Numbered from the stretch's first letter, positions 9,001 through 14,290 are shown. The stretch: 20,000 bases of DNA from an uncultured virus (IMG/VR IMGVR_UViG_3300013004_000028) (IMGVR_UViG_3300013004_000028), one strand, 5' to 3'. Made by a program: numbers and translations. The notes: generated by a model not told the origin, from the letters alone.

Positions 9001-12000
9001 AAACTTTGATCTTTTATCTGTTTTTGGCAATTCTAAAGCTTTGGTTTGTAAAGCTTTTGAAACCAAATTATCTCTAGTTATTTCTCCCGCTTTAACTTCT
9101 GCTATCCCCTGCCTCTTTGAATTGATTATGTCCATTCTTGCACCTTTACCAGTTGCTAATACAGATGCTTCTTTATTTATTTCATTAAACGCTCTTTGTC
9201 CTGTTTTCTCAAACATATTCCCACCTACTTTAATAGCGAATCCATTTATTTGATTTTCGATAGAATCATTCTTTTCGCCTTCTATTAAAGGCATAGATGA
9301 GTCTTTAACTTCACCACGATTTCTTAAATTATCAATTAATAATTTTACCCCATCTTCAGTATATCCATTTTTTAGGCCTATATTAGTTATAAATTTTGCT
9401 TTATCTTCTGTAAATTCTCCTGCAAGTTTTTTCTTTATGCCTTTGATATAATCCGGAGTATTTAATGATACAACATTATATTTTAAATTTTTTATAGTAT
9501 CAACACCAACATCTGCAACACGAGAAGATTGTTCTCCTGAAATTTTACCTGAATATTCGATTGATTGTAATTGTCCATCATCATTTTTATTATATTTACT
9601 TATATCCTTTTTTTTAATTTTTCCTATTCCTTTTCCCCTCTCCAAAGAGGCTTTTGCGAAATTTGGAATAAAGCCTTTGCTAAATGATCTACGTTTATAT
9701 TCGTTAATTTTTTCCTTTGCTTCTTTGCTTCTTGCTTCTGCCATGCCAGCGTCCACAATAACAGCTTTGCCTCCAGCCTTTACGAAATCTTCATAAAGTT
9801 GGTTATCTGAGTCATATGATGCTCCCGCTCTACGCGAAGACAAATAATCTAAATGTTTTTTTAAGAAATCTTGACCTTTGGCGTTTACACTGTAATTTTC
9901 GCCAATTAGATCGCTCATAAGTACGCCAGAATCGTACATCTTACCCTCTAATATTTTTCCAAAGCCATTCGATGCATCCCTTCCAATTGACTTAATAGCC
10001 ATTGGATCTTTTATTATTTCTTTTCTAATACTGCTTGTTCTTACGGATCTATCTAATGTGTCTGGAATTTGAGGTCCTGTAACCCCCGGAATAAGGTTGC
10101 CTTCCGATAAAAGTCTGGATATCGAATATTCCCTTGTGACTTTATCTTGTATTTCTCTTCTACTTTGGTTTTTGTAAAATCTTTTTACGCCCACACCTTC
10201 TGAGAGTTTATGAAAAGAACCTTCTACTCCTCTTCCAATCTCCCTAGAGGTTTTTACGAAATTTGGAATAAAGCCACTTGAACGTAATACCCCATTCGAA
10301 GACACTTTAAATTGTTCTTGTTCATAAGGGTTTATACCAGTTTTTTTAATAGACTCTTCTTTATGTTTTTTACCCCCTTTTGAATTTGGAGGTGGATTAA
10401 TAAAATATTTTTTCTTAGATTCTGGTACAAAACCTTTGGAATTATTTGATGGTATTTTACTTGCTGTTTCAGCAGTATTCATGACCCCACCCACAGGAGA
10501 ATTAACAACAAGTCCCGAAGCATAACTGGAACTTAAAGCTCCTTTTTTTTCTGCCATTTTTACTTCAGGAGAAAAGCCATTAGAATAAGTCGGGATATAA
10601 CCTTTTGCTTTATTTTTTCCTCTTTTATTAGCTGCTAATCCTACTGTAACAGCTTCACTTACCTGAGCTATACCTTGTCTTCTAGCCATACTCATCATTA
10701 ATTCTTCTAAAATCTGTGTTTTCTCTACTAAACTTGTAGTTGTCGCTAATCTATCTACTAAGCCTTTATTGCCCATCAATATAGCTTTATTAACTGACAG
10801 TTGCATTTTTTCATCAACTAGAGAAGCTTTTTTCAAACCGGATAAAGCCTGAACTGCTGTAAAAGCATCTTTCGAAATTTTAAATAATAATCTACCAATA
10901 ATACCTATTAATAAGTATGCCCCCGGCCCAGCTAATGCAGAACTTATACCATTAAGTATAACTTTGCCTATTGAAAGTCCTGCCTTTTCACCTCCATCCG
11001 CTGCTGCCCCCAAATTAAGAGTGTCTAATATTTTATTGCCAATACCCACAAAACTATCTAAAATAGGTTGTACAGTTACTTTTCCTGTTTCTGCTAAAAA
11101 TTGAGTAAGATTATTCTTTAATTTTTGCAAATTAGCATCTGTAGTCTCTGTTAAGATTTTTAATCTTTCAGCTGCGTTTCCAGAAGAATCAGAAGCTACT
11201 CTAACAGCTTTATCAAATAAACTATACTCTCCATTTAAAGACTTTAATGTTGCTTGAAGAGTATTGATTTGATATACTCCGGCTACTTGTTCAAGAACGA
11301 ATGCCCTTTGACTATCTGATAAACTGTCTAATTTATTAGATAAATTCGTAAGGACTTCAATTTGTGATTTAAATTCTCCATTAGAATTTTCAGTAGCTAT
11401 GCCTATATTATTTAATACCTCTTGAACTGATGTTCTAGAAAGTCTAGTAAAAATTGTTTTTAAGCCGTTGGATATAACTGGAGCTCCCCGAGCAGAAACC
11501 TGTTGAACTACAGATATCAAAGATGCAATTTCTTTTAGTTCTATACCAGCTGCACTAGCTACGCTACCAACTCTTTTTAAACCGTCAGATATTCCAGCTG
11601 CACTAATTGCGAATGCATTGTCAAGAGAAACAATACTATCTACAACATCTTCATAAGTTAAAGCTTCATCGGTGAAAGTATTTATAGCAGCTGTTAAATT
11701 CTCAACAGTTTGAGCCGCATCGGTTCCAGCAATTTTAGAAAAAGCAAGAGCGGCATTTGTAGCCTTCAATGTCTCTTCTACTGACAAACCCTGCCTAGCA
11801 AATTCAGAGGCAGCTGCGGCGGCCACATCGAAACTCTGGCCTGTAGCATTAGCAACCTTAAAAAGCTCTGATGAAAATATCTGTAAATTAGAATTAGATG
11901 TTTGTAATATAGCTTGAATTCCAGCTAATTGCTTTTCAAGTTTTACAGAGTCTGTGAAAAGTCTTGTAAATGCTGTGGCTAATCCATAAACGACTGTGGT

Positions 12001-12219
12001 TGTAGCTGTAAAAGCTAAAACTCTAGCGGTAGCAGCATCTAAACTGCCTGAAAACTTATCGAAATCACCTGTAATTCTGCCAAGGGGCAAACTTCCACCT
12101 TTTAAATTTAGATTAAAACCTTTCTTTTCAAACAGATCTCTACCTTTTTTATGGGTAGTCAGAATAGCTGCATCTGCTTTATCTGTATATATTTGTAATC
12201 CGTAATTAATTTCGTCCAT
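1..12219 (-). CDS. Giant phage tail tape-measure protein with internal effector cassette array (3' end outside window, at least 4073 aa)
   Basis: ATG at 12219 (MDEINYGLQIYTDKADAA...). I found no in-frame stop down to base 1, which explains its absence from the ORF track. The N-terminus reads like a TP901/PhageMin_Tail-type core (SLDAATARVLAF...LFKVANATGQSFDVAAAAASEFARQGLSVEETLKATNAAL...ARGAPVISNGLKTIFTRL). It lies downstream of the tail tube and chaperone genes. The C-terminal part has hydrophobic helices and coiled coil. Confidence 0.93.
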   Translation of the reverse strand, partial: MDEINYGLQIYTDKADAAILTTHKKGRDLFEKKGFNLNLKGGSLPLGRITGDFDKFSGSLDAATARVLAFTATTTVVYGLATAFTRLFTDSVKLEKQLAGIQAILQTSNSNLQIFSSELFKVANATGQSFDVAAAAASEFARQGLSVEETLKATNAALAFSKIAGTDAAQTVENLTAAINTFTDEALTYEDVVDSIVSLDNAFAISAAGISDGLKRVGSVASAAGIELKEIASLISVVQQVSARGAPVISNGLKTIFTRLSRTSVQEVLNNIGIATENSNGEFKSQIEVLTNLSNKLDSLSDSQRAFVLEQVAGVYQINTLQATLKSLNGEYSLFDKAVRVASDSSGNAAERLKILTETTDANLQKLKNNLTQFLAETGKVTVQPILDSFVGIGNKILDTLNLGAAADGGEKAGLSIGKVILNGISSALAGPGAYLLIGIIGRLLFKISKDAFTAVQALSGLKKASLVDEKMQLSVNKAILMGNKGLVDRLATTTSLVEKTQILEELMMSMARRQGIAQVSEAVTVGLAANKRGKNKAKGYIPTYSNGFSPEVKMAEKKGALSSSYASGLVVNSPVGGVMNTAETASKIPSNNSKGFVPESKKKYFINPPPNSKGGKKHKEESIKKTGINPYEQEQFKVSSNGVLRSSGFIPNFVKTSREIGRGVEGSFHKLSEGVGVKRFYKNQSRREIQDKVTREYSISRLLSEGNLIPGVTGPQIPDTLDRSVRTSSIRKEIIKDPMAIKSIGRDASNGFGKILEGKMYDSGVLMSDLIGENYSVNAKGQDFLKKHLDYLSSRRAGASYDSDNQLYEDFVKAGGKAVIVDAGMAEARSKEAKEKINEYKRRSFSKGFIPNFAKASLERGKGIGKIKKKDISKYNKNDDGQLQSIEYSGKISGEQSSRVADVGVDTIKNLKYNVVSLNTPDYIKGIKKKLAGEFTEDKAKFITNIGLKNGYTEDGVKLLIDNLRNRGEVKDSSMPLIEGEKNDSIENQINGFAIKVGGNMFEKTGQRAFNEINKEASVLATGKGARMDIINSKRQGIAEVKAGEITRDNLVSKALQTKALELPKTDKRSKFPFFKNKIKEPISFEKPYTLIKRQENSTAALPSYFSSKGFIPNFAEITRRVGILDGDVLANPEYAQIVNSEMERLGNSKTHEYWEHLGNYAMQKRKTGGLKRITGIYGAPGSGKTSLAFNADKYGIPKKSDDSKFRKTTRIPILQESDIDKVDEVVATKASQSNAERSLQEGLFGGVDRLISLQISREDQIKSAKKRAASDNPIANQGRSGKSLLETVGKNPEDPNYIAAVAENKGVPVARLQREGDKTSIIKKQLNIEKKKIAFAYGAFAPFTEGHKEMFTQARSLGFEPENIVFGVSSGATLKEGDKHSYRTSVFPIGLRRQLIKKATGAKTTVIPSSEFRGRIPSVFKVSDGRYLSPTPGSIALVGDDKGLYETAKYTEKGLQVVQDARTEGISGTELRKAIGEGDTKGIRRLAAGGSEDLLIANLPQIQNRTAFIDKTMGRTSLKKNKAIDKINRRLGELPPKIYTVGKNITPPEQADEIRALRKQRKRIQESDSGSRILDRATRMYKALQTDDYVDDIIDEPINNPKSKSKKNVNLNSKIDESDDYIDISQFLPNNVNAANQFALAQSRGNKNVEFDDKISTISFEQVQVKIPDKGGSRRNLMSSILQSAPDSYRFKDKNRKDGKVDQTDYTGVFERYAIQQANKTKVGPKFIPTRNTGFNKGNNAVDAFSIDSIENKEISLLEAKAGDWTAPKVGDKYGRFLPENIAELSPMLLPLFTEGVPDKYDRIKLTNYIAVPDLNDIDPITRRQTNAGPLTQIVNGKRIVPKIVIPKLRFQGSTRARDLPNMGKEVGMTMNAYPERMSVPDSDMPAIETGPLSDDERKVQEWAANLAGQGSRARKTTNSYKKIQQQILTERQLPTDVQDRNMPVSEIAPLSDEDRVQAILSARYNKPRNTGGRKKTREQVLRENGLERFLSSGFIPNFASKLSYKETQNAKKKSRAKEAKAGIPIGKIRMGKNPSLRTPFNPEGFGTYNKYEGTLANGMGLAKKEGIDPRSKGMSASEGFIPNFALQSSFMGGGAEGTFHRLTKDIGVKRFYNRKPSSSAGIFAGFETKKDTKTANVKSESNLPKTITDEFTVSKLLAEKRLVDGITGPKIPDNLERALRAKSIRKEIIKEPMARDSVGIAASGVFGRILQARLKKAGLEMDDLHGANYTLNPQGRKFIEENKNNLLKDYVKYYKVPESSQDLYDKFVKSGGKATIIDAGYTNVIDPNLKNQVNEYSKKTNSRGFIPNFATPSLASDKTFFRDVVGNKKSGKNLARNIDRKTYDFLIAKYGREKVESSLAKISKTPAFDFSSEKDKMYKEAVEKNNTDLLKKMVEKEAQDSPYNRKGVRLGFYNKGVPLRSEIKDLNFGPGYYTAEDASLSIGGSDVSVNSKPHEDRLKALGLKASDVQFRKDEVYVKAQKPLTGNLPDEFMPYLNARVNYEIAINDAYAKLGKYGHLSPEEIAKISNRSLLLSTLRSRSAKNEKYKIGTAILMKEGKIPYDSIRGIAGRTLQEKTMSSELVVPNASQIKSAALVEYDDDGNLIPLSKRFDEKSDDIRGSKNPNKKRGRGYSIQGLGLRGKPTSFAKGFIPNFFSRLSPAKIPYAQERKALNESVNAEMSAGFERKDVKIGRRASLKTKSNPKGLAVFNKDEKTLSKGMSFAKMAKIEPTTKRTYGDSSSGLVSRTSAFGFIPNFEIPVRRPSLMNRVRQGASKVKTAANSPLALKIRSMLNTPTSTNALSLLISQIDGAPDISSDEIEFFKKVLDQVQYSTGNLLTSVQRANLPSLRTALSVIVPTVDDYLSSRFSRENPNSSSEGFIPNFATPKEKRALKKIRKRNEAKQKNADKDQEKKDKTQAAQQKVAAVRARPALPSSLRSGLGGSFQATREIFQRNQAKRKAAEAEKKASRTNAAPIKKAGISPQDQAKRDAKANADRKRRNIKIDYTNAKAQMAKLPQAPGRYQPTLTAQNQFVSRKEILKNLTQDRINKRRVGAKGVENTFKKGGQGQSKLFRNRDGQIVGSEERNRKADSIRADRLYNRSVAAGIMTPGGKLGSPILPTKGIQGAGKGMQSFPRTQIENRFQVEKDARKAKANRLRSVNNESRSIRKEYKADFAKQKELNANQKGGILQGGGQQGGGKQGAMPAGGGMPMGGDLPDSDNKVTKTPQELKQEKKEKRAAKAGAINAKMMGLAFTASTVTGMFSTPEEGKEQTKAQKEVQNIGESIAAGASAAMMVAMVPALAPIAPIVGVLAGAFNYATKATKAAVPSTLELTNNNQKLIQSTESQITSLQEAIKSQNEISELKTSGGDPKKIAKAQSTFAKSLGGIKDPELISTILNEKSDLKKQEAIANFQEKKSKDLNFSQGNLVTSEIIKKSREENVSVFGNKTKTSDFKTEDFDTFLNPIIDSIDFTKVKSKEASEAIDKLGNGTLSMGDFITQFGSELGLTESQVKMASKTYGDLNKEFTDSSIQSMDKYAAALLTFNKNLNDTVQTGIQGFSLDFQKVFDEGLKGLTLDTALINYKNFSTAGTNLSIEKSRLDSDRASGRITEAEGINRQASLQTKDLNLDAEKKGTEIVSKAVEQLTALIPKNASIEQRSNILNQASSVLKGGGDLSSLEGLIKQSLGSSDGSKEILSQIADINQEVVLGIEKLRIDQADGLRSINTISQDQLKESQRRNLAEIGKSALAGPPQYTKKLMNTGAVLETDAKIQKLRDKAERSGGGETETGRKLLVEASNLEMQNDRIKYEDEQAQAERYGKDNVVKRTNEERSGKAQLQKTMADDIGQKLRDLNKARAKSNQGSIFSDASIKKITEGIQIGGSGADESKRMLDEKFNNPYFQDSTVQSFAREIKGVGGVNSIFANNNQMAASAGANVPIAASAGAAGAGFPVVPNVAGAGVPTVPSVAGAGVTTVPSVAGASVPTVPSVAGAGVTTVPSSGVAATNTSMNPSSAAMPNYASSTANITAKSLTGRGSEQADILRRSAAVTQTQDYKSFEAEKAKNVQLRQERSV
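224..388 (-). repeat. 33-bp tandem repeat, five copies, encoding VAGAGV(T/P)TVPS
   Basis: Units start at 224, 257, 290, 323 and 356 (ctaggaacagttgtaacaccagctccagctacg and variants). The first four alternate between two variants. Confidence 0.93.
3964..4251 (-). repeat. ~80-95-aa repeated unit of unknown function, copy B
   Basis: AEMSAGFERKDVKIGRRASLKTKSNPKGLAVFNKDEKTLSKGMSFAK aligns with copy A (shared SLxTxxNPxGxxxxNKxExTLxxGMxxAK). Confidence 0.8.
4270..5283 (-). other. ADP-ribosyltransferase domain, ART-PolyVal-like (cassette in tape measure)
   Basis: YKEAVEKNNTDLLKKMVEKEA..KGVRLG, NFGPGYYTAED, EVYVKAQKPL, YDSIRG and SELVVPNASQIKSAALVEYDDDGNLIPLSKRFDEKSDDIR match, from memory, the motif series and C-terminal QIKSA..YDDxGNxIPLSxRF..DIR signature of ART domains in polyvalent proteins. 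Confidence 0.78.
5302..5958 (-). other. Protein-kinase-like domain 2 (paralogue of domain 1)
   Basis: MGGGAEGTFHRL, IGVKRFY, DEFTVSKLL, MDDLHGANYTLN (D 5542-5544) and IIDAGY (D 5377-5379). It is collinear with domain 1 (GITGPKIPDNLERALRAKSIRKEIIKEPMA vs GVTGPQIPDTLDRSVRTSSIRKEIIKDPMA). Confidence 0.82.
5977..6216 (-). repeat. ~80-aa repeated unit of unknown function, copy A
   Basis: EAKAGIPIGKIRMGKNPSLRTPFNPEGFGTYNKYEGTLANGMGLAK aligns with copy B at 3964-4251. Confidence 0.8.
6780..7150 (-). other. PD-(D/E)xK nuclease-like domain 2 (in tape measure)
   Basis: YTGVFERYA (7081-7092), NNAVDAF (D 6985-6987) and ISLLEAKAGDW (E 6937-6939, K 6931-6933). It shares the GxxFE/GxFE ... D ... ExKAG pattern with domain 1. 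Confidence 0.62.
7700..8225 (-). other. HIGH-class nucleotidyltransferase (cytidylyl/NMN-adenylyltransferase-like) domain (cassette in tape measure)
   Basis: KIAFAYGAFAPFTEGHKEMF has the GxFxPx(T/H)xGH motif (8173-8202). FPIGLRRQLIKK, IALVGDDK and RTEGISGTELRKAIGEGD (the ISxTxxR motif, ~7790-7830) follow in the expected order. Confidence 0.82.
8260..8871 (-). other. P-loop NTPase/nucleotide-kinase-like domain (cassette in tape measure)
   Basis: Hydrophobic strand plus Walker A, ITGIYGAPGSGKTSLA (8659-8682). Later RLISLQISREDQIKSAKKRAASD resembles the lid region of nucleotide kinases. Confidence 0.66.
8890..9657 (-). other. PD-(D/E)xK nuclease-like domain 1 (cassette in tape measure)
   Basis: GGNMFEK (E 9208-9210), ARMDII (D 9130-9132) and IAEVKAG (9091-9099) give the E...D...ExK order and spacing of the restriction-endonuclease fold. 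Confidence 0.62.
9676..10257 (-). other. Protein-kinase-like domain 1 (cassette in tape measure)
   Basis: IGRGVEGSFH Gly-rich loop (10219-10236), GVK lysine (10183-10185), alphaC-like REYSISRLL, catalytic loop SDLIGENY (D 9910-9912), and DFG-like IVDAGMA (D 9751-9753), in canonical order. Confidence 0.78.
10700..12219 (-). other. Tape-measure core domain (N-terminal part of the giant CDS)
   Basis: Ala-rich helical repeats (EFARQGLSVEETLKATNAAL, AISAAGISDGLKRVGSVASAAGIELKEIASLI, EQVAGVYQINTL) followed by a hydrophobic segment GISSALAGPGAYLLIGIIGRLLF (~10880-10950). Confidence 0.88.
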
Positions 12220-12250
12220 ATTGGTCTATTCACCTTGTTCCTTTAGCCGG

Positions 12251-12266
12251 TAATATATATTACACT
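12251..12266 (-). promoter_or_regulatory. Conserved GTGTA upstream motif (candidate phage promoter) before the tape measure
   Basis: AGTGTAATATATATT, about 42 nt before the ATG. The same core occurs in all four large intergenic gaps. Confidence 0.55.
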
Positions 12267-12312
12267 ATAGGTTATGAAGTAAGAAGAATTATAATTTTAT
12301 GTCAAAAATAAA

Positions 12313-13187
12313 TTATGAATTCTTAAAAGACTCAGCTGCATTTCTTAATGAAGATGCTTCTGCTTGTTTATTAGGTTTATTTTTATTATTCATTTCTGTT
12401 ATAAAAATTCTTTCAATCTCGTCCGCATCATTTCTTTCTTCGTCTGTTATATTTTCTGTTTTTTCTAATAAAGATATAAAATACTTTGAATAATCAAATA
12501 AGGTTAATTGATTCTGAGTTAAAAGATAACCATTTTTATTAAAATAAGATTCTGGATTAGAAGAATTTTTTATATAATCTCTAACATTTTTAAGAGCTGA
12601 CAACTTTCTTATATTAGATGTAGAAAATAAATCTAAACAATCTTTATAGCAATCAACAACTTCGTAAAGTTCTTGGTCACTGAAATCTATAACATCTTCA
12701 ATCTCAAATACTTTATTTTCTAATTTTTCATCTTTATAAAAACTTAAATGTAAAATATATTCAGTAATAGGCCCATTAGATAATGTTTCTGCTGATAAAT
12801 TTAATAAATTTTCTTTTTTAGATAACAAAGAGTTATAAGATTTCCTATAATCTGTTATTATATTATCTATTTCATCTAATTGCTCGTCAAACATAGCCTT
12901 AGATCTTTTTGATAACATTAATTGAATGTTACTACTTAAAGATTCTAAAGTCTTCTCTTGTTCTTCAGACCATAAATTTTCTTTAATTTTTTTATCCAAT
13001 AAGTCTTTCTTACTTAAAGCACCTTTAGCTTTATAGTTTTCTATAGACTTAAAAGTATAGTCATCAATAAGAGCGTACTCTATTGAACCAAAATGTTTTA
13101 AATATACTTTTTTTTTAAAAAAGTCTCAGAATACCCACGGCAAATATCAAAATAAATGCCGCCTGTATTTATGGCTTTGAATTCCAT
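12313..13187 (-). CDS. Pre-tape-measure protein (putative tail assembly chaperone), ~291 aa if read through a -1 shift at ~13107-13122
   Basis: ATG at 13187 gives MEFKAINTGGIYFDICRGYSETFLKKKYI-stop. The -1 frame is open from ~13125 (FFKKKVYLKHFGSIEYALIDDY...) into the tracked 228-aa ORF, whose TTG start at 12999 is probably not the true start. The gene lies directly upstream of the tape measure. Confidence 0.7.
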
Positions 13188-13192
13188 AAAAA

Positions 13193-13909
13193 TTAATCTT
13201 CCGATTCATCTATAATAGATTCTAACAATTTGAAGTCTTCTTCGTTTTCTGCTTGCTTTTTTAACCAAGTTGATATGAGAATTGATCCTTTGGAAAAAAC
13301 ATTTTTTTCATACTCATAAATATCTCCTTCGTCATCTAAAATATTATAATAATTTTCTAGTTTATCCTTATAATTTTTACCAGCGAAAATAGGTTTAAAT
13401 GTATCGTCTTCTTTATAGAAAAGAAAATTTAATGAACACCATTGTACAACTCTTCTTTCAGAGATAGACTCGGCAGATCTTTCAAAAATGCTATTAAGCC
13501 GAGATTGATAATCTTCTACCTGAGATGAAATATCTTTAATTTCTTCTAAAAGTTCTGGGTTCTCTACATTTTCAGCGCTTTCTTTTAGAAATCTATTTCT
13601 TTTTATATTGAGATCTTGAAGGAGTCTTTTCATAGCTTCTACATCTTTCTTGGAGTCAAGACCCCCAGAATCATGATAGCTATTTAGAATCATTGTATTC
13701 GTGGAAATGCCTTGAGCCTGAAGCTCCGATATTTGAATACTATAAAAAAGATCCATTTCATCTATCTCTCTATGAGATGGCTTCTTTATATGTACTTCGA
13801 CATCTTTTAAAACCTTAGTTTTAACAACAGTCTCAATACCTTGTTCGTTTTTATTTTTAGTTTCCTCAAATGAGGGTTTCTTTACTTTGAATGTGTATAA
13901 TGTCTTCAT
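13193..13909 (-). CDS. Putative tail assembly chaperone / hypothetical protein (238 aa)
   Basis: Acidic, helical ORF between tail tube and tape measure. VHIKKPSHREIDEMDLFY resembles the N-terminal xxxPt..e pattern of tail chaperones. AAGGA lies just upstream of the ATG. The function call is mainly positional. Confidence 0.6.
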   Translation of the reverse strand: MKTLYTFKVKKPSFEETKNKNEQGIETVVKTKVLKDVEVHIKKPSHREIDEMDLFYSIQISELQAQGISTNTMILNSYHDSGGLDSKKDVEAMKRLLQDLNIKRNRFLKESAENVENPELLEEIKDISSQVEDYQSRLNSIFERSAESISERRVVQWCSLNFLFYKEDDTFKPIFAGKNYKDKLENYYNILDDEGDIYEYEKNVFSKGSILISTWLKKQAENEEDFKLLESIIDESED

Positions 13910-13917
13910 AAAATCCT

Positions 13918-14211
13918 TTACCTTTGGTTTTCTATTTCTCTCAAAAGAGAGTTTCCGTAATCCAAAATTCTTTTTCTTAATTGTTTTATTTTATTATCGT
14001 CTAAATTGTTAGAATATTTAAGATACGATATTAAATTTACTGAAATTCCGTGTTCCTTTTTTAAAAAATCTTCGAGTTCTAAAAATGTTTTTTCCAAATT
14101 TTTTTGATTTTCCTCGTTCTCAACTTTTTCCTCATCAAGTATTTCCAAGAATAATTTAAAAAGAAGTTTAACAGCTCTTTCAGCCGTAAATTGCATATTA
14201 TAAAAATTCAT
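13918..14211 (-). CDS. Hypothetical protein (97 aa)
   Basis: Compact ATG-started ORF tightly packed against the next gene. No recognisable motif. Confidence 0.75.
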   Translation of the reverse strand: MNFYNMQFTAERAVKLLFKLFLEILDEEKVENEENQKNLEKTFLELEDFLKKEHGISVNLISYLKYSNNLDDNKIKQLRKRILDYGNSLLREIENQR

Positions 14212-14213
14212 CC

Positions 14214-14228
14214 AAACTCTCTTACACC
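14214..14228 (-). promoter_or_regulatory. Conserved GTGTA upstream motif before the 97-aa gene
   Basis: GGTGTAAGAGAGTTTGG-ATG immediately after the terminator T-run. This is the weakest copy. Confidence 0.4.
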
Positions 14229-14260
14229 AAAAAAAAAAGAGAGGGAAATTTCCCTCTCTC
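14229..14260 (-). terminator. Rho-independent terminator after the tail tube gene
   Basis: Perfect inverted repeat AGAGAGGGAAA/TTTCCCTCTCT (14238-14259) followed on the minus strand by a run of 10 T. Confidence 0.85.
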
Positions 14261-14290
14261 TTTATTTTAATATTTATTATTTATAAAGTA

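Larger units (their letters stand above)
3565..10275 (-). repeat. Nine dispersed in-frame GFIPNF motifs delimiting cassettes inside the tape measure
   Basis: Exact GFIPNF at 10258-10275, 9658-9675, 8872-8889, 6217-6234, 5959-5976, 5284-5301, 4252-4269, 3946-3963 and 3565-3582. Spacings are 600, 786, 2655, 258, 675, 1032, 306 and 381 nt, all multiples of 3. Degenerate copies GYIPTY (~10585-10602) and GFVPES (~10420-10435) lie upstream. Confidence 0.95.

Noticed and set aside
3583..10257. Cassettes as inteins or introns
   Set aside because: No Cys/Ser start or His-Asn end at the borders, no LAGLIDADG or HNH motifs, and no frame breaks.
3565..10275. Recurrent aaattaggaataaa DNA motif as a CRISPR array or integron-like attC repeats
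   Set aside because: The repeats are only about 18 nt, non-palindromic, irregularly spaced by 258-2655 nt, always in frame and synonymously variable. They are protein motifs.
1..12219. Apparent 12-kb gene desert or alternative genetic code suggested by the ORF track
   Set aside because: The region is a single standard-code frame that lacks a stop within the window, so no recoding is needed.
5645..12493. Short plus-strand ORFs at 5645, 6791, 7469, 8155, 8948, 11996 and 12299
   Set aside because: All lie antisense to long minus-strand genes and have Phe/Leu/Ser-rich shadow composition. An antisense immunity role was considered but has no support.
12997..12999. TTG start for the 228-aa ORF
   Set aside because: The frame is open for about 42 more codons upstream, and an ATG at 13187 directly follows the previous gene.
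13188..13230. Classical G/GT frameshift fusing the 238-aa gene to the next gene
   Set aside because: The frame of the next gene has a stop at 13206-13208, just upstream, and there is no slippery heptamer in the remaining overlap.
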